Shown here one piece after another: positions 11,169-22,941 of a stretch of DNA of 64,000 nt; the stretch's first letter is position 1; each line of letters starts with the position of its first letter. The notes under the pieces were generated by a model, which worked only from the letters and a program-made list of their open reading frames with translations, was not told the DNA's origin and ran no database searches. The position numbers and the translations under genes were made by a program. The DNA is from Malacoraja senta (Eukaryota), in contig CM076001.1 in the NCBI GenBank assembly GCA_038087875.1, positions 1,488,001 through 1,552,000 of the forward strand, given 5' to 3'.

Positions 11169-11474
11169 ATTCCATTTCCGCGGGTTCCCAGAGTCCGCCT
11201 CAACAATCCTCTCTTTCTGGTGACACTGTCTCTCTTAACTGCGTATATTCCGGATTCTGTTCGTACACAGTACACTGGTACCGACAGTTCCCAGGGCAGG
11301 CTCTGGAATTCCTGCTCCAAAGACACACTTCAGGAAAGCAAGATAAGGAAGAGGCTGCCGAAGGCCGTATTACTGGTTCTCTCGATCCTGGCCAGAAAAT
11401 CAGCCAGTTAACGCTATCTGAAATGCTGCCGGGCGACGCGGCTGTGTATTACTGTGGGATGAGTCCGCGCATCG
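11169..11474 (+). CDS. TRDV: Leaderless supporting TCR-delta V segment of the NAR-TCR cassette
   Basis: GDTVSLNCVYSGFCSYTVHWYRQ...GDAAVYYC. CDR1 Cys at 11258-11260; phase-1 acceptor ttctgcAG|at in frame with the J donor; no leader exon seen between J and this exon. Confidence 0.9.
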
Positions 11475-11513
11475 CACAGTGACACAGCGCAGTGAGATAG
11501 CTGTACCAAAACC
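11475..11513 (+). other. Supporting V RSS, 23-nt spacer
   Basis: CACAGTG + 23 nt + ACCAAAACC. Confidence 0.96.
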
Positions 11514-11665
11514 TCAATGTGGCTGAATACAGGCACAGAGCACTGCAGAACATCTGGAGTGCTATCCGAGAATCTCAGTGTAGTATGGATTGATTGCACG
11601 TTGCGAGGGAAGGAAAGAAAGAGAAAGATTACAAAGATACATTATATTGATATTTACAGAAACAC

Positions 11666-11857
11666 NNNNNNNNNNNNNNNNNNNNNNNNNNNNNNNNNNN
11701 NNNNNNNNNNNNNNNNNNNNNNNNNNNNNNNNNNNNNNNNNNNNNNNNNNNNNNNNNNNNNNNNNNNNNNNNNNNNNNNNNNNNNNNNNNNNNNNNNNNN
11801 NNNNNNNNNNNNNNNNNNNNNNNNNNNNNNNNNNNNNNNNNNNNNNNNNNNNNNNNN
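11666..11857. other. Assembly gap (192 N)
   Basis: Run of N. Confidence 1.
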
Positions 11858-14410
11858 CGACGCTGAGAAGTTTCGAAGCTACCTTTCAAAAGTTTTTTGT
11901 CGAAGGTAGAGGGACCGAGGCAGTGAGAGTTCGAGGTTTGACCAAACGTCGGACTGCGGAAACTTTCCTTTTTGTGATGATTCCCAGCGAATCTGAGTGC
12001 CGCGAGAGCGGCAGTGGCTGGCGGATTGCCACTCGTACCTGGAGACGGGGAGTCGGAAAGTGGCCATGTTTATATCGTTTCTAGCACCGTAACCCTGCTC
12101 CCATGCCGTTTTTGCCCAGAGCAGGTCGCCTGGGCTGAAAATATGAGGGTACTTTTCGAATCCGGCAGTTTCCGGAGGCTTGGAAGGCCTGATAAAAAGA
12201 CCCCATAGAGATGCTCTCGGCAGACAATTTGGGCTTGGCGTATTTCCTTGCTCGGCTGGAGAGAACTGCTTCTGCTGAGACCGACTCACAGATCGCTCTT
12301 GAGCTGAGACTGCTGTTGTCTGAGGTGCTGGTTTGTACCGCTGTCAGGATAGCGGCGGCATGATCTCAGGCTCAGAGCTACGCAGCTGTGGTTTCGGCTG
12401 CGTCTTCGGGGTCTCTCGAATAGGAGCTTTATGTTGACTTGGGGAGGTGAGGTCCAGGCTGACTAGGCTTATACAGCCCTGGCGTGACCCGCGTTCTAAA
12501 GGGATCTTGCGTTTTAAGAGGTGGGTGTTTATGAAGGTGAGAACGGGGTCGGGCGTAGAGGGGAGCTTCTTCGTGGAGCATGATGGGATTCCCTACCGCG
12601 TGCGTTGCAGTTGGGGGGAGGCACCGTGTCATGCGTGCAAGGAGTTTGGATACGTCCGCAGGGATTGTCCCAATCGTCGGGATGCTGCGAGAAATCCCAA
12701 CGCAGCAGCACAGGAAAGCACTGCTGGTCCATCCGGGGCTGCCAGTTCCACCTCGGTGACCCGGAGCGACATTGGTGGGCTCTATGAGGCTCCCCGCCCC
12801 CCACGTTCTGTACCTGCCGCGGCGGATGATGGCGAGGCCCAGGGGAGCTCGGCGGGGGTGTGTGGAGGGGGGGGGGATTCCGATGCAGAGAGGGAAGAAG
12901 TCCAAGAAGAAGAATACACACCTCCAAACAAGCCACCCGCAAGATGAAGGCCCACGCCCACACCTGGGCAATCCCAAAGGGAGAATGTTGGTCCCTGTAA
13001 GGTCCAGGAAGCACCTGGCGGGGTTCAGCAAGGAGCTGGGGAGGTTCACAAGGGGGGCAGAGAGAAAGCTGGTAGTGTGGAGGCGGAGGACTCTTCCTTT
13101 GTTGAGGTCACTCTACCGCCGCACTTCAGCGGGACAAAAAGAAGGCCTGGGCCCTTTGAGGGAGTGCCCAAAGTTATGGGGCAACCTTCTTCGAGACCTT
13201 CCTCCACTGTCGAGGTCGGTGACCTTCCGTGCGTGTTATCTCACGTGTTGCTGGGGTTGGCGCCCCTAGAAATGTGTCCCCTGGTATGGAGGACAAGCAG
13301 AGGCAACCCGAAAGGGGAGGATGGGGTTTAGGGGTGGTTTCCCAGCCTGTGCTCCTCATTAGAGCTCCTCATTAGAGCTATCTGAGGGATTGCTGCCCCA
13401 TCGACTGAGGAAGTAGGGGGGAATCCAGAGTCACCTACTCCTTCAAAAAGGCCATAGTGAGGATACTCCCCTGGTGGCGGAGGCTGCAGTCTCTCTGGGT
13501 GATACTGTTGTAGCGGGTAACCTTGGTGCGGAAGGGGACGGGGCTGTCTCGGGTCGTGACCCTCAAACGGATTCCGGGGGTGCCTGCGAACCGCGGGCCC
13601 TGGCGACGTCTCTTGTTTGTTCTTTCCCAGTTCCAGTTTTAGGAGGCTATGGGTGTGTGCACGAGTCTGGCCATTCACTGGCCGGCTCATCGCTGTCAGA
13701 GTTATCGGGACCTTCCCTCGACACTGATCCCGGGGGTGGGATCATGCCGGAGGAGGGGGAGCGCGATGTAGCCAGCTTACAGCTTATGCAGCGGGGCGAG
13801 CGAGCTGGCAGCCAGCGGCAGCACTCCGAACTCAGACGATGACCTTGAGCGTAGCGAGGGGGGAGATGTTGCTTCAGGTGTCAGTGGTTTGGCACAATGC
13901 CCGGATTCCAATGCTGTGTCTATTAGGGCCGGTATCTGGGAGCTTCTGGAGTTTCTAAAGCAAACAAGTGCAGTAGTAACAAACTGGTAAACAGTGGCCG
14001 GAGCAGCCGGGACTTATCCCGCCACTTGATGATACCTTTCGCAGTAAAGAGGTTGTCCCGAGTCTGAGACGCATCAGTTCGGGGACGTTTTGAAGCTTCT
14101 AAGACGGAGAAGCCCCACTCCTACGAGAGTGTGAGGGAAAACCTTCCCTGTGTCTTCAACATGAAGATCACAGTTTCTAGTCTAAAGATAAATGGCGGAA
14201 GGGGGGACCTTCGTAGGTTTCATCATCTATCAGTCCTCAGAAAGGGGAAATATCAGTAGGTTTTCTGCAAGAGACGCATATTGTTGCCAGTGATGAACCC
14301 ATCTGTCTCCTGGAGTGGGAAGGGGGTGGGGGGGAGGGTTCTACATGAGCTAGCTCAGCACAAATTCGAGTGGGGTGGCCTTCCTGTTGCCGACGATTTT
14401 CCAGTCAGAG
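11858..14410 (+). mobile_element. Tx1/L1-clade retrotransposon 5' part (ORF1 plus start of ORF2 endonuclease), decayed
   Basis: ORF1 zinc knuckle CHACKEFGYVRRDC (CCHC with H>Y), long GC-rich low-complexity tail; from 14161 MKITVSSLKING...FLQETH...SSGVAFLL APE endonuclease motifs with stops. Confidence 0.8.
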
Positions 14411-15270
14411 GACCTGAGTGGGCAGATGCATGGGAGAAGCAGTAGAATGTAGATAAATGTGAGATAATCCACTTTGGCGGCAAGAACAAGGAGGCAGGTA
14501 ATTATCTCAATGGTGTCAGATTAGGAAAAAGGGAAGTGCAACGAGACCTGGGTGTCCTTGTACACCAGTCACTGAAAGTAAACATGCAGGCAGTGAAGAA
14601 TGATTATAGCATGCTGGCCTTTTTAACGAGTGGATTTGCGCACAGGAGTAAAGAGGACCTTCTGCAGTTGTATGGGGCCCTGGTGAGAACACATCTGGAG
14701 TATTGTGTGCAGTTTTGGTCTCCTAATTTGAGGAAGGACATCCTTGCTATTGAAGCAGTGCAGCGTAGGTTCCCGAGGTTAAATCCCGGCATGGCGGGAG
14801 TGTCATATGAGGAAATGTTGGGAATACGGGGGCAGGTTATCACAGGAATTTAGGATGAGTGGGGATCTTATAGAAACATATACAATTATAAAAGGAGTGG
14901 ATAAGCTAGGTGCAGGGAGAATATTCCCAATGCCAAGGGTGTCCAGAATCAGGGGGCCAAAGTCTAAGAATAAAGGGAGGCCATTTAAAACTGGGATGAG
15001 AAAACAACGTTTCCACCAAGAGAGTTGTGAATCTAAGGAATTCCCTGCCACAGAAGGCAATAGAGGCCACTTCTCTGGATGAATTTCAAAGAGAGTTAGA
15101 TAGAGCTCTGGGGGGGTCGCGGAATCTGGGGATATGGGGAGAAGGCAGGCACGTGTTTCTGATTGTCGATGATCAGCCATGATCACAATGAATGGCGGTG
15201 CTGGCTCGAAGGGCCAAATTGAGACCTCCTGCACTTATTTTCTATGTTTCCATGTTTCTATGTTTCTAAA
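14410..15270 (+). mobile_element. CR1 LINE 3' portion directly after the truncated Tx1 ORF2
   Basis: QRDLGVLVHQSLK...[16 protein letters not shown]; (tttctatg)n tail. Confidence 0.9.
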
Positions 15271-17096
15271 TGCAAGTGAACGGCAGATGCCGCCGTAACA
15301 ACGGAAAGAACATGGGGAGGCCCAGGGTGCTGTCACACCGCAGGGACTCATTGACCTTCGAATACATTTGCGCATTAGACACCGATGCAGACCGTGAGCA
15401 TACGCATTATCCCCACAACCCTAACAGAAACAGAGACATAGAAACTTAGAAAATAGGTGTAGGGAGTAGGGCATTCGGCCCATCGAGCCAGCGCAGACAG
15501 TCAATATGATCATGGCTGATCAAACAAAATCAGTACCCGTTCCTGCTTTCTCCCCATATCTCCTCATTCTGTTAGCCCTAATCCGGGACGGCCAATCAAG
15601 ACGATGCTGATGGCGTTGACGGAAGACGCATGTGTAGAGACAACAGAGGAGCTTGCCAGTTGCATGGAGGACAGAGATGTGTGGTGCGTCCTTCACCGTG
15701 CCCGTCGGGAACTAGCACCACTGCGTCGTTAATGTTTTCAACGTGTATTGTATTGTATTGTCTAAGTGCTATATCTAACTTTCTATTGAAAATAGCATGT
15801 GAAATTAAATCCACTGCCTTGTGAGGCTGAGAATTCCACAGAGCATTGAGGGGCATAGAGACATACGGTCATATTGATTCAGCGTGGAAACAAGCCATTC
15901 GGCTCATCTTGCCCACATCGACCAATATGTCCCAGGTACACTACTACCACCTGCCCGCGATTGACCCATGTCCCTCCAATCTAGTCCTATCCATCTACGT
16001 GTCAAACTGTTTGTTAAACGATGATGTGGCCCCTGCCTCAGCTGCCTCTTCTGGCTGCTTGTTCCATACACTCACTACCCTTTATGTTAAAAAGTTACCC
16101 CTCAGGTTCCTATTCAATCTATTCCGCTTCAATTAAAATCTATGTCATCTGGTCCTTCATTCAGCTAGTTAATTTTTATCTTAATATATTTGAGAACCAC
16201 CTTAACAGATATTGTAAGAGATTTAACTGTCCCCACGATGCAGGAGATAGTCAAATATGTGTAAACATTTCACAGGAGACTCTGTCTCGGCCCTCGAATT
16301 TTCCAATATAAATTGTCAGTGCATTCCGGATGCGGATCACCTTCTTGTATTGCTTTATAGGCCAATCCCAAATTAACGCAAATTACACCGGATTAAAGCA
16401 GCAACAATTTTGGTGATGGAGTTGGAGTTAAATTACACACACAGAGACACGCGCACACACACGCACACGCTGACTAACAAATTCGCATATTTGGCTAACC
16501 CTAATTTATTCTCCCCACATTCACATGATATTGACGTTTTCCAGGTTTCAAGGTCAGTTTATTGTCACATGTACCAGTTAGGGTACAGTGAAATTTGAGT
16601 TACCATACAGCCATACCAAGTGAAAAGTCACAAGGCACAAAACCACATAAAAGTTAACATGTACATACACCACAGTTGATTTCATATTCATCACTGTGAT
16701 GGAAGGCAGTAAAGTTTAATCTGCTTCCTCTTCTTCTCCCACGGTCGGGGCAGTCAATCCATCCGCAGGTCGGGGCGAACAAAGTCCCCGCAGCCTACGA
16801 TCGAATCCCCCATCGTGCTGATCGATACTCCCGTGTCGGAGCGGTTAAAACTCTCCCCGCGGCATGAAGCTCCCGAGTCGGCTTCTTCTTACCAGAGACC
16901 GCGGGCTACACGATGTTAAAGTCCACACGCCCTGAAGTTGGAAATTGGATCCCCGACAAACGGATGGCAGGGTCCGCGATATTAAAGTCCCAACAGTATG
17001 TTGGCGAGACATCCACAGCTGATGTTCTACCATTCATCTACCATTCATCAACGAGGAACAATGTACGATGGCCAACCAACGGGCTCACCACCAAGT

Positions 17097-17190
17097 TTAC
17101 TTTTGTTTAGTTTAGTTTAGTTTAGTTTAATTTAATTCAGTTCAGTTTAGTTTAGTTTAGTTTAGTTTAGTTTAGTTTAGTTTAGTTTAG
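17097..17190. repeat. (TTTAG)n microsatellite, minus-strand SINE tail
   Basis: Tandem pentamer abutting cgcggaaacggg. Confidence 0.9.
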
Positions 17191-17194
17191 CGCG

Positions 17195-17460
17195 GAAACG
17201 GGCAGATGCTGGAAAAATCGAAGATAGATAAAAAAAATGCTGGAGAAACTCAGCGGGCGAGGCAGCATCAATTCAGCGAAGAAACAGGTGACCTTTCGGG
17301 TTTCCGCCCCCCCCCCCCACCACCCACCCCACCCCAACCCCACATCAGTGCAAAATGGGTCTTGACCCGAAACGTCACCTGTTCCTTCACTCCACAGATG
17401 CTGCCTCACCAGCTGAGTTTCTCCAGCATTTTTGCCACAGTCGATTTTTCCAGCAGTTCT
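17195..17460. mobile_element. Penelope-like inverted terminal repeat pair (fold-back)
   Basis: aaaaatgctggagaaactcagcgggcgaggcagcatc and its near reverse complement gatgctgcctcaccagctgagtttctccagcattttt. Confidence 0.7.
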
Positions 17461-17829
17461 TTGTTAATCAATTGTAACCTGTGCAGTTTTTAAATTATCT
17501 CGGGAATTTTAGGTACAAATTATTTTGCCAACTTGGTTTTCGTTCCCGTTTATAATTCCCTAATCATTAACTGGATGTCCGTTGCAACCAAATGCCGAAA
17601 CATTTCATTGGGTTTATGGAAGGAGCAGCCAGAAGGGGTGGCGTAGAAAGAAATTGTAGATGCCGATTTATAGCGAAGAATGACGCACACGGATGGAGTG
17701 ATTCGGCGGGTAACGTAGCATCTCTCGATAAAAGGGATAAATTATGTTTCTGGTCGGGGCCACTTCTTCCGCCTGAACATACAGCGGAGGGCACAGGATG
17801 TCAATAAGGGCCAGAACAATACAGGTGGC

Positions 17830-18170
17830 CAAGGAAGAATGGAGGCCATAATCGCCCATTGTTGGCTGGGGGAGAGGTGATACCGAACGAATATAAACAT
17901 CCGAGCAGTACAACTAGTATGATGGCTAGGTTCGGGGAGAGAGGGAGAGAAATTGAGAGACTCCGGGGATTATTTGGAATGAGAGCATTCAAAGTTCATA
18001 CCGCCGGATTGTAAGTTGCACAAGCGAAATATAAGGTGCTGCTCCTCCATTTTGTGTGTGGCCTCATTCTAACCGTTGAGGAGGAACAGTGCAGAAAGGT
18101 TTATATAGGAATGAGAAATGGAGTTTAAATGTTTGCAGGCGGGAGATCGTGTTACCCAAGGCGAAAATTG
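17830..18170 (-). mobile_element. Penelope-like element 3' fragment
   Basis: aagcgaaatataaggtgctgctcctcca..tggcctcattct resembles the GIY-YIG C-terminal region at 32.5 kb. Confidence 0.55.
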
Positions 18171-18563
18171 AGTTGTTACATTTGACTTGTTTGCTTTCCG
18201 GCATACCTCATCTGTACCTTTACTTTCGATAGACACTTTCCGCACTTAGAAGGTATTTACAACACGCTGCCTGTTTGGAACTTCACACAATCCAGGTCAT
18301 CTAGCCCGAGTGGGAGGAGAGAAGTGAGTCAGTGCCGGGAAAACAGTTGAAAACTGAGGAATTTTGTTTGTAAATTGGTAAATCAGGCAATTTATCCGTC
18401 AATTTAAGCAAGACGGCTCTTAGCGAGCGGCAGTGAGTGAGTGGCCTTGTGAGGGAAGTGCCCTGTGAGTAAAGTGTGAGTCTTTAGCTCGAGAGTCTTC
18501 GGCGAGGAGGCTGAGGAGAGGACACCACGCAATACGCTTGAGAGGTAGAGACAAAAGAAGGAG

Positions 18564-19489
18564 ATGTCAGGCAAGCTGATTCAGTGCGATGCTTGCAGTA
18601 TGTGGGAGGTCAAGGACACCGCTGGTGCCTCTGGCTGCTACAAATGCGAGAAGTGCATCCAGGTAGAGCTCCTGAAGGGCCGTGTTGGGGAACTGGAGAA
18701 GCAAGTGGATGACCTCCGGTTCGTCCGAGAAACGGAGTCGTTCCTCGACAAGTCCTACAGTACGATTGTTACACCTAAGGTACTGGAAGAGAGAAGGTGG
18801 GAGACGGTGAGAAAGGGAGGGAAGCATAGAATGCCAACGTCCCCGGTGTTGTACCTCTTGTGAACAGGTGCACCCACTTAGAAGCTGTTGGGACAGAAGA
18901 CGTGTTTACACTGAGCGGCGGACTGGCTTGCGATGCGAATAGGGCTGTTGAGCCAAAACCAAAAAGGCCTAAGGCAGGCAACGCCATTGTAGTGAGAGAC
19001 TCCATTGTGAGAGGTACGGACAGGGGTTTCTGTGGCAACAGACGGGATGCGAGGATGGTGTGCTGCCTTCCTGGTGCCAGGATCCAGGATGTCACGGACA
19101 GAGTGCAGAAAATCCTCAAGGGCGAAGGTGAACATCCGGAAGTGGTAGTGCATGTCGGCACAAACGATGTCGGAAAGAAGGGGATGAATATTCTGCAGCG
19201 TGACTTTAGAGAGCTCGGAAAAATGCTGAAAAGCAGGACCTCCAGGGTTGTTATCTCCGGTTTGCTTCCAGTTCCTCGTGCTGGCGAGAGCAGGAACAGG
19301 GAGATACGGGACCTGAACGTGTGGCTCAGGAACTGGTGCACGGGGCAGGGATTTAGATTCTTAGATCACTGGGATCTGTTTTGGGGTAAGGGGGAACTGT
19401 ACAAAAGGGACGGATTGCATCTTAACAGGTGTGGGACCAGCATTCTGGCAGGCAGGTTTGCCACTGCTACACGGGTGGTTTTAAACTGA
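18564..19489 (+). CDS. CR1 ORF1: zinc finger, coiled coil and SGNH esterase domain (one frameshift)
   Basis: CDAC...CEKC; ELLKGRVGELEKQVDDL; RDSIVRG, HVGTND, DGLH esterase blocks. Confidence 0.85.
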
Positions 19490-19699
19490 ATAAGGGGGGT
19501 GGGGTGTCGAATGGGATAGTGGAGGGTGGAGTTAAAGGGAAAGGGTTTCTTAAATGTGTGAGCGTAGAGACAGAGGAGTGTAAAATGAGGGTAGAAGCAA
19601 TAGGTAGCAAGGTGAAAAGTAAAAGTGGAAGACAAACAAAACCAGGACAAAAATCAAAAAGGGCCACTTTTCAACATAATTGTATAAGGGGTAAGAGTG

Positions 19700-22504
19700 T
19701 TGTAAAAACAAGCCTGAAGGCTTTGTGTCTCAATGCAAGGAGCATTCGTAATAAGGTGGATGAGTTGAATGTGCAGATAGCTATTAATGACTATGATATA
19801 GTTGGGATCACGGAGACATGGCTCCAGGGTGACCAAGGCTGGGAGCTGAACATCCAGGGATATTCAATATTCAGGAGGGATAGAGAGAAAGGAAAAGGAG
19901 GTGGGGTAGCGTTGCTGGTTAGAGAGGAGATTAACGCAGTGGAAAGGAAGGACATTAGCTTGGAGGATGTGGAATCGGTATGGGTAGAGCTGCGAAACAC
20001 TAAGGGGCAGAAAACGCTGGTGGGTGTTGTGTACAGGCCACCTAGCAGTAGTAGTGAAGTTGGGGATGGCATCAAACAGGAAATTAGAAATGCGTGCGAC
20101 AAAGGCAAAACAGTTATAATGGGTGACTTCAATCTACATATAGATTGGGTGAATCAAATTGGCAGGGGTGCTGAGGAAGAGGATTTCTTGGAATGTATGC
20201 GGGATAGTTATCTAAATCAACATGTAGAGGAACCAACGAGAGAGCAGGCTATTTTAGACTGGGTATTGAGTAATGAGGAAGGGTTAGATAGCAGTCTTGT
20301 TGTACGTGCCCCCTTGGGCAAGAGTGACCATAATATGGTTGAGTTCTTCATTAGGATGGAGAGTGACATTGTTAATTCAGAAACAATGGTTCTGAACTTA
20401 AAGAAAGGTAACTTTGAGGGTATGAGACATGAATTGGCCATGATTGACTGGCAATTAATTCTAAAAGGGCTGACGGTGGACATGCAATGGAAGACATTTA
20501 AAGACTGCATGGATGAACTACAAAAATTGTTCATCCCAGTTTGGCAAAAGAATAAATCAGGGAAGGTAGTGCATCCGTGGATAACAAGGGAAATCAGGGA
20601 TGGTATCAAAGCGAAAGATGTTGCGTACAAATTAGCCAGAAAAAGCAGCATACCAGAGGACTGGGAGAAATTCAGAGACCAGCAGAGGAGGACAAAGGAA
20701 AAATAGATTATGAAAGAAAACTGGCAGGGAACATAAAAACTGACTGCAAAAGTTTTTATAAATATGTAAAAAGAAAGAGATTAGTTAAAACAAATGTAGG
20801 TCCCTTGCAGTCAGAAACAGGTGAGTTGATCATGGGGAACAAGGATATGGCGGACCAATTGAATAACTACTTTGGTTCCGTCTTCACTGAGGAAGACATA
20901 AATAATCTGCCGGAAATAGCAAGGGACCGCGGGTCAAAGGAGTTGGAGGAATTGAGTGGAATCCAGGTTAGTCGGGAAGTGGTTTTGGGTAAATTGAATG
21001 GATTAAAGGCCGATAAATCCCCAGGGCCAGATAGGCTGCATCCCAGAGTACTTAAGGAAGTAGCTCCAGAAATAGTGGATGCATTAGCAATAATCTTTCA
21101 AAATTCTTTAGATTCTGGAGTAGTTCCTGAGGATTGGCGGGTAGCAAACGTAACCCCACTTTTTAAGAAGGGAGGGAGAGAGAAAACAGGGAATTACAGA
21201 CCAGTTAGTCTAACATCGGTAGTGGGGAAACTGCTAGAGTCAGTTATTAAAGATGGGATAGCAGCACATTTGGAAAGTGGTGAAATCATTGGACAAAGTC
21301 AGCATGGATTTACGAAAGGTAAATCATGTCTGACGAATCTTATAGAATTTTTCGAGGATGTAACTAGTAGCGTGGATAGGGGAGAACCAGTGGATGTGGT
21401 GTATCTGGACTTCCAGAAGGCTTTCGACAAGGTCCCACATAAGAGATTAGTATACAAACTTAAAGCACATGGCATTGGGGGTTCAGTATTGATGTGGATA
21501 GAGAACTGGCTGGCAAACAGGAAGCAAAGAGTAGGAGTAAACGGGTCCTTTTCACAATGGCAGGCAGTGACTAGTGGGGTACCGCAAGGCTCAGTGCTGG
21601 GACCCCAGCTATTTACAATATATATTAATGACCTGGATGAGGGAATTGAAGGCAATATCTCCAAGTTTGCGGATGACACTAAGCTGGGGGCAGTGTTAGC
21701 TGTGAGGAGGATGCTAGGAGACTGCAAGGTGACTTGGATAGGCTGGGTGAGTGGGCAAATGTTTGGCAGATGCAGTATAATGTGGATAAATGTGAGGTTA
21801 TCCATTTTGGTGGCAAAAACAGGAAAGCAGACTATTTTCTAAATGGTGGCCGACTAGGAAAAGGGGAGATGCAGCGAGACCTGGGTGTCATGGTACACCA
21901 GTCATTGAAAGTAGGCATGCAGGTGCAGCAGGCAGTGAAGAAAGCGAATGGTATGTTAGCTTTCATAGCAAAAGGATTTGAGTATAGGAGCAGGGAGGTT
22001 CTACTGCAGTTGTACAGGGTCTTGGTGAGACCACACCTGGAGTATTGCGTACAGTTTTGGTCTCCAAATCTGAGGAAGGACATTATTGCCATAGAGGGAG
22101 TGCAGAGAAGGTTCACCAGACTGATTCCTGGGATGTCAGGACTGTCTTATGAAGAAAGACTGGATAGACTTGGTTTATACTCCCTAGAATTTAGGAGATT
22201 GAGAGGGGATCTTATAGAAACTTACAAAATTCTTAAGGGGTTGGACAGACTAGATGCAGGAAGATTGCTCCCGATGTTGGGGAAGTCCAGGACAAGGGGT
22301 CACAGCTTAAGGATTAGGGGGAAATCCTTTAAAACCGAGATGAGAAGAACTTTTTTCACACAGAGAGTGGTGAATCTCTGGAACTCTCTGCCACAGAGGG
22401 TAGTCGAGGCCAGTTCATTGGCTATATTTAAGAGGGAGCTAGATGTGGCCCTTGTGGCTAAAGGGATCAGAGGGTATGGAGAGAAGGCAGGTACGGGATA
22501 CTGA
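19700..22504 (+). CDS. CR1 ORF2 (APE endonuclease + reverse transcriptase), two frameshifts
   Basis: Overlapping ORFs 19429..20706, 20577..21842 and 21734..22504 with canonical motifs; start position approximate. Confidence 0.92.
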
Positions 22505-22941
22505 GTTGGATGATCAGCCATGATCATATTGAATGGCGGTGCAGGCTCGAAGGGCCGAATGGCCTACTCCTGCACCTAATTTCTATGTTTCTAAAAACGG
22601 CAGATTCTCTTTAAATTAAAGGCCCCGATAATGAACAATCAGACGTTTTTCCAATGGTGAAAGGGAATAAAAAATACAACTTGCACGCATTTAACTGACA
22701 ACTCGTCTTTCCACACTCGTTTCGAACATAATATGTTCCGGTGCTATGAAAACATATTCGTGATAAAACAGTTGATAGATTCAACTGATCACCTGGGAAT
22801 GCGTAGATCAGGTCGGAGTCAATTGAGCCCATGAATTTACAAAGGAGCTGGGGGTAAAATATCAACAAATGTAATGGTTGTATTTTCACATAAATTCGAT
22901 CACAAAGCCACGCACGCGTTGTTGTGATATTATTTTAACTA

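Larger units (their letters stand above)
18300..22592 (+). mobile_element. Near-full-length CR1 LINE (5' UTR, ORF1, ORF2, ctatgttt tail)
   Basis: Contiguous ORF1, endonuclease ([22 protein letters not shown]), RT ([12 protein letters not shown]) and C-terminus; frameshifts near 18845, 20700 and 21690. Confidence 0.95.

Noticed and set aside
11483-11489. Second heptamer-like CACAGCG inside the supporting V RSS spacer
   Set aside because: It is 15 nt from the nonamer, fitting neither 12 nor 23.
12429-13842. Several long overlapping ORFs as novel genes
   Set aside because: These are alternative and antisense frames of the GC-rich Tx1 ORF1 region.
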